Source: Cyanophora paradoxa CCMP329
Lineage: Eukaryota > Plantae > Glaucophyta
NCBI GenBank assembly: GCA_004431415.1
Contig: QPMI01000032.1
Coordinates: forward strand, 116,251-180,250
Length of the DNA stretch: 64,000 nucleotides
Direction of reading: 5' to 3'
In this document: one piece after another, positions 45,780 to 56,225 of the stretch
Numbering within the stretch: position 1 is the stretch's first letter
How the letters are laid out: each line of letters starts with the position of its first letter
Notes under the pieces: generated by a model
Told to the model about the DNA's origin: nothing
Databases searched by the model: none
What the model saw: the letters and a program-made list of their open reading frames with translations, nothing else
Made by a program: the position numbers and the translations under genes

Positions 45780-48108
45780 TGTTTAATATTCAACATCCTC
45801 TCCATTGTCTTCTTGAACCCTTGTTATCTTTCGAAGTCCAATGTAGCCCCTTGCTCTGGTTCCATGAATTCGTTTAACCTCTGATTTAACATTGAAGATT
45901 TCCCTTACTCTTTTCATAACAGATACACATTCAACTTTATCATCTACACTTTTGTATGATCTGTAAATGATATCACTGGAAACAAAGTCGTTAGCATTAT
46001 GTGTAACCTCGAAATTATCTCGAAGCCATTCACCAATCTTGTCATTTTCAGCTATAAAGTTAATTCCTGTTCAATAATCGATTGAGGGGACTTCTTAAGA
46101 TCTCTTCAACCTCTTTGTTCTTCCACATATCCAGTAATATCTTCATGTGAGCCATCTTATACTCATCATCATTGTGAAGAAGTGTGAACAGAGTTGGATC
46201 AGCTTTCTTCTGACCAGCTTCAGGCTTCTCTCTGAAAATATTGTTGAATCTCTGGTATGAAAGTCTTCTTTGAATTGCGAAGTCTGGTTTATTAATAGTC
46301 AAATTGTCATTAGTTGTAATGTAAACTTGAAACATTGGAGTGAGGATAACTGGATCTTTGAACAAGGCTCTCACAGTCATTTCATTTCCACCTGTGACCT
46401 CCTTAATCTTGGAGATCTGCAGTTTATCACCATCTTCAGCCTCATTACTGAATACAAGTCGCTTTCCAAGGAGTTTGGCAAGTTCAGGAGTAGCCTCTGA
46501 TGAGTTCTTTTTAGGCTTAGTCCAATAGGATATTTCGAGAGGGCTGTAATAACGACCAGATATCTGTTTGCAGTATTCCTGAACAAGTGATTTACCATTA
46601 GCACCAGCACCAGTCCACATATAGAACTTCTGGGATTTAGTTGATCCACTAAGGGCAATTGCAATGGATGCCAGAAGATACTTTCGCTCTGCTGGATCAT
46701 CCACAATCTCTTTATAAATCTGATTTAGATGCTCTATTTTCTTGGGGTCTACATTTTCAGTATAGTCATAACCCACAGTCTTACTCACCATATCTTCCAG
46801 TTTACCCTTTCTGAAAGTCATAGTGGTCAGATCAAATACACCATTTTCGAATCCAATCACATATGGAACAGTGTCAATCTTCTCAAAGAATTCATCATCA
46901 TTCAGCAGTGGGACCAAGTCAGTCAGAAGGGATTTGCGAAATCCTGATTGTTTAAGGTTTTTGGCAATGGTCATCAATGTTTTGGATCTTTCTTCGAAAG
47001 TTGCTTTGTTTTCCTCATCCTTTAAAGCTCTTTGACTATAATGCACAGCCCTTCCAAGGTATTGGGGGACAACAAGACGGCTTATATCTAGGTAAATCTT
47101 AAGGTTTGTGTCATCAAGCTCCCAAATCCCAGTATCAGTATTGAGTTTGAACCATGACTTTTTGGAGTATCTCCAAGTGTGTTTCAGAACCTCTTTGCAT
47201 ACTAAACTTACATCATAATGAGCGCCACCTGAACCAGCGGATTTATCTATAAGATTAAAGATATCAGATTGCATTCCAATGCAGATGAATCGTTTTTTGC
47301 AATTTCCACTGTAGCTTGACACAATGTATTTGTTATCATCTCCTTTAGCTTTCATAACATACCAGTTATTCGATTCATGTGAACCGTTACAGCATGGGCA
47401 ATTGAGTCCCTTGTTAGCAGCATCAAAGTTAAAGCCAAGTTCAGTTTTAGAGATTATATTGGGATGCATAAATCCCATATCCACCAGCTCTTTGATAATA
47501 TTGTTTTCCAGTTCATCATATGAGGTAGCATTAGCAGTATACTCACTCTTATAGATGTAGTTATCGATAATCCACTTTTTGAAGTCATCAGTAGGCTCAT
47601 TGAAATCACAGGTATCATCCCATGGGGAGATCACCCAAGCCTTGTTGACACTGGGACAAACATTAATTAATCCAGAAGTTCCAGTTCCAGTGATTGTTTT
47701 CAGGTCAACCTTTTCAAAGCCTTTAAAGCCTGGAGCCTTATCGGTGATTTTGAGTTTAGTGAACTCCTCAGGTCGTTTAAAGTAGACATGATAGCCTTTT
47801 TTAGTTTTTGCCATGGGCTGATTGGCATCAAAGTCATCAGGAAACATATCCCGGAATTTCTCAAAGTTCTCCTCATCATCAAAGTCAATAACCATCATGT
47901 TGTCTGAGAGCAGAATGCCCCAAGATACATACTGATTAGTTGCCAGCGCTTCCTCATACTTTTCCCAGGACCAAGCACCTCCCTTATGCTTGAAAACTGG
48001 GTCTTTGCTGTCAGGTTTCACTGGGATAATCATGTTTTTGGACAGTTCCTCATCAGAACGAAGCCAGTTAGCGAGCGATTTAATTAACTTGGTCTGTTTG
48101 GCGTTCAT
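45780..48108 (-). CDS. Primase (Prim-Pol type) - D5-like SF3 helicase; frameshift near the C-terminus, 3' end approximate
   Basis: VIDFD, TKKGYHVYF; GFENGVFDL; GAGANGKS; NEAE; TTN; IQRRL. Confidence 0.88.
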
Positions 48109-48130
48109 TTTCAGCGATTGGGGGTCCCTT

Positions 48131-48165
48131 TTATATATATAGAAGATTTTTCTTTAAGTAGTTTT
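48131..48165 (-). promoter_or_regulatory. Representative copy of the shared viral promoter motif AAAANNA(C/T)TTAA(A/G)GA-spacer-TATATA
   Basis: Seven copies, each just upstream of a non-structural gene in PLV-A, -B or -C. Confidence 0.7.
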
Positions 48166-48321
48166 GGGTCCCCCAATCATTTTTTGTTGGAAATCGAGAA
48201 AGTATCCCTACGAAATTTATCCACATGATATATCGAGTGGTTTAGATACAAAAAGGATGAATGGGTATTTCAGCGATTAAACAGCATATCCCCAGCCTAG
48301 TTATATGCTGGGAAAAATAAT

Positions 48322-48576
48322 TTAGACATGTTTCGATTTTCTCCCTCGATTTGAGTAAGGGACATCATACAAATACTTGACAAAGCAGACTGCATTGGCT
48401 GCATACTTTCGCTGACATGAACTGGCAATTTTCATTGTTCTGTAGGTATCATCGGTTTGATATAGATCTCTAAGCTGTGTGGCTATTTTTTCGTTAAACT
48501 TTTTGATTTGAGCCTTACCTTTTTCAGTTTGCTGGTATCTCTTCATAGCTCTCTTCTGGGCTTCACTGAGTGGCAT
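48322..48576 (-). CDS. Conserved ~85-aa basic protein, PLV-C
   Basis: Very similar to 13704-13961. Confidence 0.8.
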   Translation of the reverse strand: MPLSEAQKRAMKRYQQTEKGKAQIKKFNEKIATQLRDLYQTDDTYRTMKIASSCQRKYAANAVCFVKYLYDVPYSNRGRKSKHV

Positions 48577-48632
48577 TTTTCCTCTGTCTCTCTTAATATA
48601 TATAGAGAATTCTTTAAATCATTTTTTGTTCT

Positions 48633-49446
48633 CTAACCTCTTTGTCCAAATCGCTCAATATACATAAGTTTGAAATGCTTACCTAGCAATGCTACAAATG
48701 GTTCAATTTCCAAGGTCTCCCATGTTTTCTTGTCCTTATTCCATCTGCAATCTAATCCTTTTGCGATATCTTTTTTAAGATAAGGCACCTGAAACCCAGC
48801 AACCAATGTATTTGTTGTACTGAGTTCTGCATACATTTCAATCAATGCAGATCTGCCTCTCTGAACCTCTCTATATCATCTCTGCGAAGATTATCCATTT
48901 TCGGAATAAATTGGTTGCACCAAATCAGGAAAAGATTAACTGCATGTTTATTCCTTGCTCTTTCTTGTTCTAATTCTCTCTGTCTTCGCTCTCTTTCTTC
49001 TAATTCAAGCTGCCTCTTTCGAGCTTCCTCTTGTTTTTCAAGTTCTCTTTTTCTTTCCAGTTCTTCTTGCTTTAAAGCGATTCTGCACTTATTACAGAAA
49101 TTATCCTTTCGGTTTTTATGCCGATCTCCACATCTTTCACATATATCTTGACCTCTGGCACCCTTCGGAATAAATCGTAAAATGCAGCAATTCCAACAAT
49201 GACCACAATCTTTTTATTAACATGCAGAATATAGCATTGCTCTTTAATTGGATGATCACAGGCGCAATGCTCAGACTCTGGAGGCAGGTCATAGTCACTT
49301 AATCCATATTTTGCAAGCTTTGCCCAAAGAGGGAGCGGTTTCCTGTTACTTCCAAGAGCAACATAATCATTGAAGTTATCAGATCCACAAAGCAACATTA
49401 AAGCCGCTTTGAGCTTTTCCAGGCAATACGATTTCTTCTCTGCCAT
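48633..49446 (-). CDS. Cys-rich protein with a C-terminal VPY..KD.AK...RW...KTW (DUF5710-like) module; frameshifted
   Basis: CACDHPIK...; ORFs 49072-49446 and 48633-48845 share strand and one upstream promoter motif. Confidence 0.5.
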
Positions 49447-49555
49447 TGTCCTTTTATATATATAGAAGATATTTCTTTAAGTAGTTTTCATCAAATTTTG
49501 TGTTCAGAATTCCCCATTTAAAACCTCCCCTTTTAGTAGGAACAAGTTAGGAACT

Positions 49556-52500
49556 ATGCCCGAATTAGCAACAGACTCATTAGAGAGAAGAAATGGAACT
49601 TATGGGATTACTGGGAACACTGTATGCAGCCCATGAAATCACAGAGGCTGAATATGACCGGGAAATCGGATTTATTTCAAGGGGCAGACCCACTTTAGCA
49701 AAATTAACCAGAAAAGCCAATAACCTCTATGACAAAGTTGAGACTCTTGATGAACTCGATCGCCTGAGGCAAATAGAACCAGAGGCAGAAGATGGCACAG
49801 CCATGAATGAATTATATCGCTGGCTCACATACAGAGCCAGAAGGGAAGTTGTTGTTGATGTGATTGAATATTTAGATAGAATTGCAACCTCTCTACCAAA
49901 ACGTTTAAGGGATAGTCTAGATCAATTCAGGGCAATCAAGGTTCGCTTATCGTTTATCTGCAAGTTCGTAAAAGTCAGCAATCCACAGGTTTGGATATCG
50001 AAATACATTTACAGCGATTATTTTGTATTAACCAAATCGAGAAATATTCGAACTGAGCTGAATAAAGCAGCCCAAATGTGTCAGGAACAGATGAATGTTG
50101 TTGATAGCTATCGATTGGAGAGAATCGAAATGCTAAGAGTTGCTATTATGAGTTATGCCCCAACTGGTGGCTACTATGTTAAAACACCAGAATCAATTGC
50201 AGCCAAGAGAGCCACAGTGAATATTCGAAATATTGATGATTCTTGCTTTGAAAATGCCATTTTGGCATGGATCCATAGGAAAGATGTAAATTCCCACAAG
50301 AGAAGTGAGCTTACACAATATCGCAAATGGAAATACTCACCAACCACATACAATCCTTTGGCTCTCAATTTCGACAATATCCCATTCCCTGTTCCTTGTG
50401 ATGCTGAAATCATTGATAAATTCGAATCTCAAAATGCAGGCATCAGCATAAACATATTTGGAATGGATGGAGATGTTATATATCCCCTACATCAATCCAG
50501 CAACCCAGGCAGAAAGCAAAAGATTAATCTAATGCTCATTCATGATGATGAAGGGAATGGTCACTATATTACAATCATGTCCCTTTCAAGACTTCTCAGA
50601 GTTGCCCTTGATAAAACCAAGGATCAAAAGTTACACTACTGTGATACATGCTTGTCTCGATTCAGGTCTGAGGCTAAGCTAACTGCTCATGTGGATTCAA
50701 ACAGATGCATTGATTGGAGACTCTCAAAGGGAATCACACCTAAACCTGAAACCACCATAGAGTTTGGACTGAAAAACCTTAGGAAAACTGTCTGGCTTCC
50801 TGTTGTGGTTTACTGCAAGATTGAACATAGAAGCATCCCCATTGATGCATCGAAATCTAAGAGGGAAGTTTCAGCAGTCAACCTTAGAATAGTCACTGGG
50901 GCAGATGTTCAAGATTTTCGATTTGAGGGGCATGATCCAATGGGAGGTCTGTTTGAATGCTTGGAATCCAAAGCAAGAGAGCTAATCGATTTCCTGTTCA
51001 CCAATATTCCCATGAATGAACTCACAGATGAGCAAAAGGCTATTTACAGAGCTACCAAACACTGTTACCTTTGCAGTGAGAGGTTCACCAAGGAAAACTT
51101 CAAATGCAGGGATCATGATCACCACACAGGTAATTACATTGCACCTGCATGCAGAAACTGCAATCTCCATAGGAGAATCTCAAAGCAAACAAAAGTAGCA
51201 GTGGTTGTTGACCAAATGGATGACTGTGGGACATTCATTTTCAGAAAAATAGCAGGCATGGGTGATAAAAAGCGAATCGAAATCCTTTCGAAAAACTTTG
51301 ATCAATACCTTTCATTGCAATGGGGTCTTTACAAGTTCATTGATGCAAGTAATTTTATGGACTTTGGGGCTGCTGATGTAGATGAGTTAATGAGCAAATT
51401 CCAGGCTTTCAGAAGGCTTTCACACTCAGTATATGGATTGGACCCAGTTCATTATGTATCTGCACCTGGGTTATCTTGGGATGCTATGTTAAGGACCACC
51501 AAGGCAAAAATAGAGCTTATAAGTGATGTAGAGCAATACGAATTTGTTGAGAGGGGAATCAGGGGTGGCTTTGCAACAATGCCCTGTAGGTATGCTGAGG
51601 CTGATGGTGAGAACTCCCATATTATGCTGTTTGATGCTAACAACTTGTATGGCTACTGTTTGAGTCAGCCAATTCCAGTTGGTGATTTTAGATGGGAGAC
51701 CGAATTCAACCCACAAGATAACAGATCCAGTTTCCTGGAAGTTGATCTGGATTACCCAATTAGGCTATATCTAGACCACAGTGATTTCCCCCTAATTATT
51801 AACAAGAAAATAGTAGAATATGCCGAATTATCACAATATCAAAAGAGCCTATTAGATCTCTCAGGAGAAGAGCTTGATAAGACCCCTAAGCTAACTGCAA
51901 CCTTTGGTTCTGTGACCAACTATGTGATTTCTGAGCCTCTTCTACAGTATCTGTTGGACAAAGGGATGAAACTAAAGAAGGTTCACAGGGTCCTATCATT
52001 TACTGTGGCTCCTGTAATGAAACCCTACATTGAGCTGAATACTGAGATGAGAAGGAAAGCAGTGAATAAATTCGAGGCTGATTTCTATAAACTCATGAAT
52101 AACTCAATCTATGGGAAATGCATTGAATCTTGCAGAGGTAGATCTGTGGTTAAGATTGCAAACAGTGAGAAACTGTTTATGAAATATGCAGCCTCCCCAT
52201 TGGTGAAATCAACAAGTCCCATAAACGAAAAAGCAGTTGCCTTTGAGTTTTACACAAAGCATGTGAAGCTAGATAAGCCAGTTGCTATTGGGGCTTATGT
52301 TCTGGATGCAGCCAAACTGCATAACTACAAGTTCTTCTATGATACTGTAAGGTCCCAATGGACAAAAGCAAAGTTACTATTCCATGATACTGACTCCTTC
52401 TGTCTATATATTGAATCTAAGACCCTCCAAGAGGACCTGGGGAATATCTCTTATGCATTGGACCTAGGGGGGTCTAACAGAATGACCCCAGGTAAATACA

Positions 52501-52799
52501 AAAATGAAATGCCTGGCTCTGCTATATTGGAGTATGTGGGTCTGAGAGCTAAAGTTTACAGTTTCAGAACTGCTGAGATTGAGAGGAGTAAGCTCTCTGG
52601 GACTTCAACTGAGGAACTCCAATTTAATGATTTTAAACAGTGTTTATTTGCAGGTATCAGCAAGACTGTGACTGCAAAGCAGAAGAGAAGGGCAGATCAC
52701 ACAATAATAGATACTGTGAGTAGAAGGGTTGCCCTAAACTGCTTTGATGCAAAGAGATACATCTTACCAGATGGTATTAATTCTGTTCCTTTTAATTAA
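49556..52799 (+). CDS. polB: Protein-primed family B DNA polymerase (pPolB) with an endonuclease VII-like insert
   Basis: DANNLYG, KLMNNSIYGK, HDTDSF, GLRAKVYS; CYLC...RDHDHHTG...ACRNCN; probable true start at ATG 49556 (1-nt frameshift before ORF 49593). Confidence 0.95.
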
Positions 52800-52802
52800 G
52801 AG

Positions 52803-54188
52803 ATGCCAGCAACTGGAAGAATAGTTAGAAGAACCACTGAGCAACTGCAAGGTAACCTGTTGCCTATCACAATTCCAAAGGAGGAAAAAGGGGAATCTCG
52901 AATTGTTAAAAAGTCAGAGATGAAAGAGCTTGTCCCAGTAGAGATCCCAGTTGCTATTGCAGTGAAAGAAACCAGCAAGATTGCCAAGAGATTCTATGAT
53001 GTGAGAACTGGTTACAAAGGGCTTCAAGCTATGAGGGCTGAGTTACCTGATGAATCCTATAAGCAGTTGCAAGAGTTCTATAAAAAACAAGAAGTTGTTC
53101 AGATCAATGCACCTGCTATATCTAGAAAGAGAGATCCCATGGTCCCAATTAGGCAACCACTTGATACCTATGTGATTGATTTACTCTTTTTCCCAGCTTA
53201 TAAGAAACAAAACAATGGTTATGATACATTTATGACTGCAATGGAATCCACACTAAGAACTGGGTATATTATACCTATAAGGGATAAATCAGCTCTCACT
53301 ACATTGGCTGCATTTAAACAGCTTGAGATGAGAGTGGCAAGACCCATAGTAAAGGTTCAATCAGATGCTGGAAGTGAATTCCAAAATCGAATATTCCAGG
53401 AGTATTTATCTAGTAAATACATAGAACACCAAGTGAGTGGAACTGCAGACCACAGAAGCCAAGGTCGAATTGAAGCCTTTAACAAGCAGATTAAGAGACT
53501 GATCACAAACTACTGCATAGCTAATAACACAGCTAGATTCTTTGATGTGTTAGGTGATATTGAGTATAATTACAATAATACAGTCCACTCAGCTACTAAG
53601 ATGAAGCCAGGCGAAACTACAGAGGAGCATTATAGGTATATAGTGGGATTAGAAGATGAAAGATTCAAGAAATCAATAGCTTATCTTGATACCATGCAGC
53701 CTGGCATGTTTGTTAGAGTGAAAGTTGAGAAAAATCCCTTTGCTAAACAGGGTAACAATTGGTCTAGGATGGTTTACACTGTTGATAGTAGGGAAGGCTT
53801 TAAGTTTAAGCTAAGGAGTCCCACTGGTGAGATCATAGAAAACAGGTTTGCTTTCCATGAGCTGTTGCCTGTGAATGCAGTTGAATATCTAGAAACCCCT
53901 ACAGTGGATGCCTTAGAGCAAGCCAAGGAGGAAGCCAGGGTTGATGCTGCTATAAGGAGAGAAGGCATAGAAGCTGCTAATGAAGTCCCAGATAAGCCTT
54001 TGATAGAGGCTAGAAAGGAGAAGGCTGGCAAAGTTAATAGGGAACTCAAAAAGCTCACTATAGCAGGGACACAGAAACTTTCAGAAGTGAATAGCCAGAG
54101 ATGGTATAATGACTTTCAGACTACTAAGGAGTCATATACAGCCCCTAAACCTCAAAGAACACTAAGAGAAAGGACCAAAACTAGCTAG
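52803..54188 (+). CDS. rve-type DDE integrase, PLV-C
   Basis: VIDLL, QSDAGSEF, GRIEAFN, YNNTVHSATKMKP. Confidence 0.93.
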   Translation: MPATGRIVRRTTEQLQGNLLPITIPKEEKGESRIVKKSEMKELVPVEIPVAIAVKETSKIAKRFYDVRTGYKGLQAMRAELPDESYKQLQEFYKKQEVVQINAPAISRKRDPMVPIRQPLDTYVIDLLFFPAYKKQNNGYDTFMTAMESTLRTGYIIPIRDKSALTTLAAFKQLEMRVARPIVKVQSDAGSEFQNRIFQEYLSSKYIEHQVSGTADHRSQGRIEAFNKQIKRLITNYCIANNTARFFDVLGDIEYNYNNTVHSATKMKPGETTEEHYRYIVGLEDERFKKSIAYLDTMQPGMFVRVKVEKNPFAKQGNNWSRMVYTVDSREGFKFKLRSPTGEIIENRFAFHELLPVNAVEYLETPTVDALEQAKEEARVDAAIRREGIEAANEVPDKPLIEARKEKAGKVNRELKKLTIAGTQKLSEVNSQRWYNDFQTTKESYTAPKPQRTLRERTKTS

Positions 54189-54940
54189 TTTGCTAGCCGA
54201 AAACTCGTTTTTTCAAAATATATGTATGACTGATATACATATATGCATATGCTATACACATAGTCTTGTAGATCTTTTCAAGCGCTTCACAGCGATATGC
54301 AGAACGTTGCGATTTGATAATCTGGTGATGAGATACAAGCGTTTGAAGATGCCGATTATCGATTTTTCGAGATTTCGGAATGATGCATCATAATGATGTA
54401 ATAATGATGTATCATAAACATATAACATATATATATCGCCGTGATCGTCATGATCTCCCGAGTTCGATGGTGTGTCATATATATCATATACATTTGCATC
54501 GTCATTATGACATCATTTCGTAAAATTACACGTCCGTCATCGTCTTTTTCCGCAGCGAACAGATAAGTGAACAGTTAAGGAGACAACTATTGTAATAGTG
54601 GACTGCAACAACAATTGAAAACAAGATCTGTGGGAAAGCTATTGAAAGACAATGAAGCAAACTGTGAACAATTAAGTGAACAGTTAAGTGGACACCTGTT
54701 GGGAGTAGGCAGTGTCTACTCGTTTATCGTGAAACGGTGTCCACTTAACTGTTCATTTAACTGTTGACGAAAACCCATGCATTATGACATCATATCATTA
54801 AACCCCATACAAAACACTAAAATGCATGTATCTCTTCACCAACTCATCATCTTACAAAGATAAAAACAGATTCGGAATCCTCTTAACGAGACCAGCGTGA
54901 CTATGTAAGTATCATAGGCTCAATAATTCATATGTTAATA

Positions 54941-55104
54941 AGCATCTCCCCTTCATTCCCCCTATTATATTATATTTATATTTAAGTGGACTCATGGTTG
55001 ACTCATATTAATCGTAAAAGTAGTAATAGTATATGGATTTTGTTACGAATTCAATGCAAGGGTTGACTAAGTGGGTTGAGTTGACTCAAATTTCACAGGA
55101 AATA
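54941..55104 (-). repeat. PLV-C subterminal inverted repeat, right arm
   Basis: Imperfect reverse complement of 29447-29610. Confidence 0.9.
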
Positions 55105-55545
55105 ACAATGAATCTATATTTACAAATGCATTTTTTGAATCAACTACACCAACTAACACTGAGATTTTCACAATATATGAGGTCCTTACTGAATATGGTT
55201 TGTGTCACAGGTGTCACAGGTCTATCCCGTGGATTTTAAAAATCAATTTCTCACTAGGACTTTCCTTGGGATTGACCTGTGACACCTGTGACACCTGTGA
55301 CACCCAATTTTCTAAGGGTCCCCCCTTAGACTCAATAAAACATGATAAAAACATATCAATTTCATGTATAATTACGATTGAATTCAATAAGAGATCGATT
55401 TGTTTTATTTAACAAATGAATCATTTATGGATCTTAATCGAGTTTAGCGATATATTTCCGATTAAATGAATTAAATTTAATTAAATTTAATCGAGAAAGT
55501 ACATGAATATAATATCGATTAAATCAATTAACTTTTAGACCAATC

Positions 55546-55828
55546 ACACATAGTAAAATGCGGAGTTTTAACCAGAGGCAAGATCTAATTGAGATTCAGT
55601 TATATTATTCGGAAATATATACAGATTATCGATAGACTCAGTAAGACTAATCGGAAAATAAGAGAAATTTACGATAAAATATCGAAAAGAATACAAAATA
55701 ATCGAAATAAATGAATATTCGATAAGATATACACAGATTATCGATTGATTGAAATAGAATATACGAGATATATCAACAAAATCAATTAAGATAAGCCGAG
55801 GGTTAAAACTCCGCATTTTACTATGTGT
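55546..55828. repeat. Local inverted repeat at the right boundary of PLV-C (28-bp arms, 227-bp spacer)
   Basis: ACACATAGTAAAATGCGGAGTTTTAACC at 55546-55573 and its reverse complement at 55801-55828. Confidence 0.9.
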
Positions 55829-56225
55829 AGTGTTGACCTGCTATATACGTGGTTCATAATGCAACGTTTCAGCTTTCGACTTTCGAGCATGAAAGGCGAG
55901 GGGAAAAAGTGGTTTTCGAGGGGAAAACGTAAGGAGGTCGGGTGAACAGTTCCGCTTCGAATTTAAATTTAAATCATTGAGTCTTGTTGAAATCATTGAA
56001 TTGCATTCCACTCCTAGAGATCTCCTCTCCTCTAGATCTCCTCTCGCTGCACGCGCGCGCATGCGCAGCTTCAGCTGCAGGCGCCCCCGCGAATATGGTG
56101 CGCCGTCTATCTGCATCACCGATGCGGACCGCTGATGCCTGCATGCGAAAATCCGATTTTCGCAGCCGGAGACACGATCGAGGGCCAAGCGCCGCGGCTT
56201 CAGTGGCCCCAACGCCGCGGCGTCA

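Larger units (their letters stand above)
28781..55828. mobile_element. PLV-C: ~27-kb Maverick/Polinton-like virus with pPolB
   Basis: AT-rich block bounded by ACACATA...TATGTGT; subterminal 164-bp inverted repeat (29447-29610 / 54941-55104); pPolB, integrase, primase-helicase, MCP, pentons, ATPase; no TSD seen, so the ends are less certain. Confidence 0.85.

Noticed and set aside
76-55828. Calling the elements bona fide virophages or canonical Polintons with a maturation protease
   Set aside because: No adenain-like cysteine protease was recognised in any element and the MCPs are only about 410-450 aa, so PLV is the safer call
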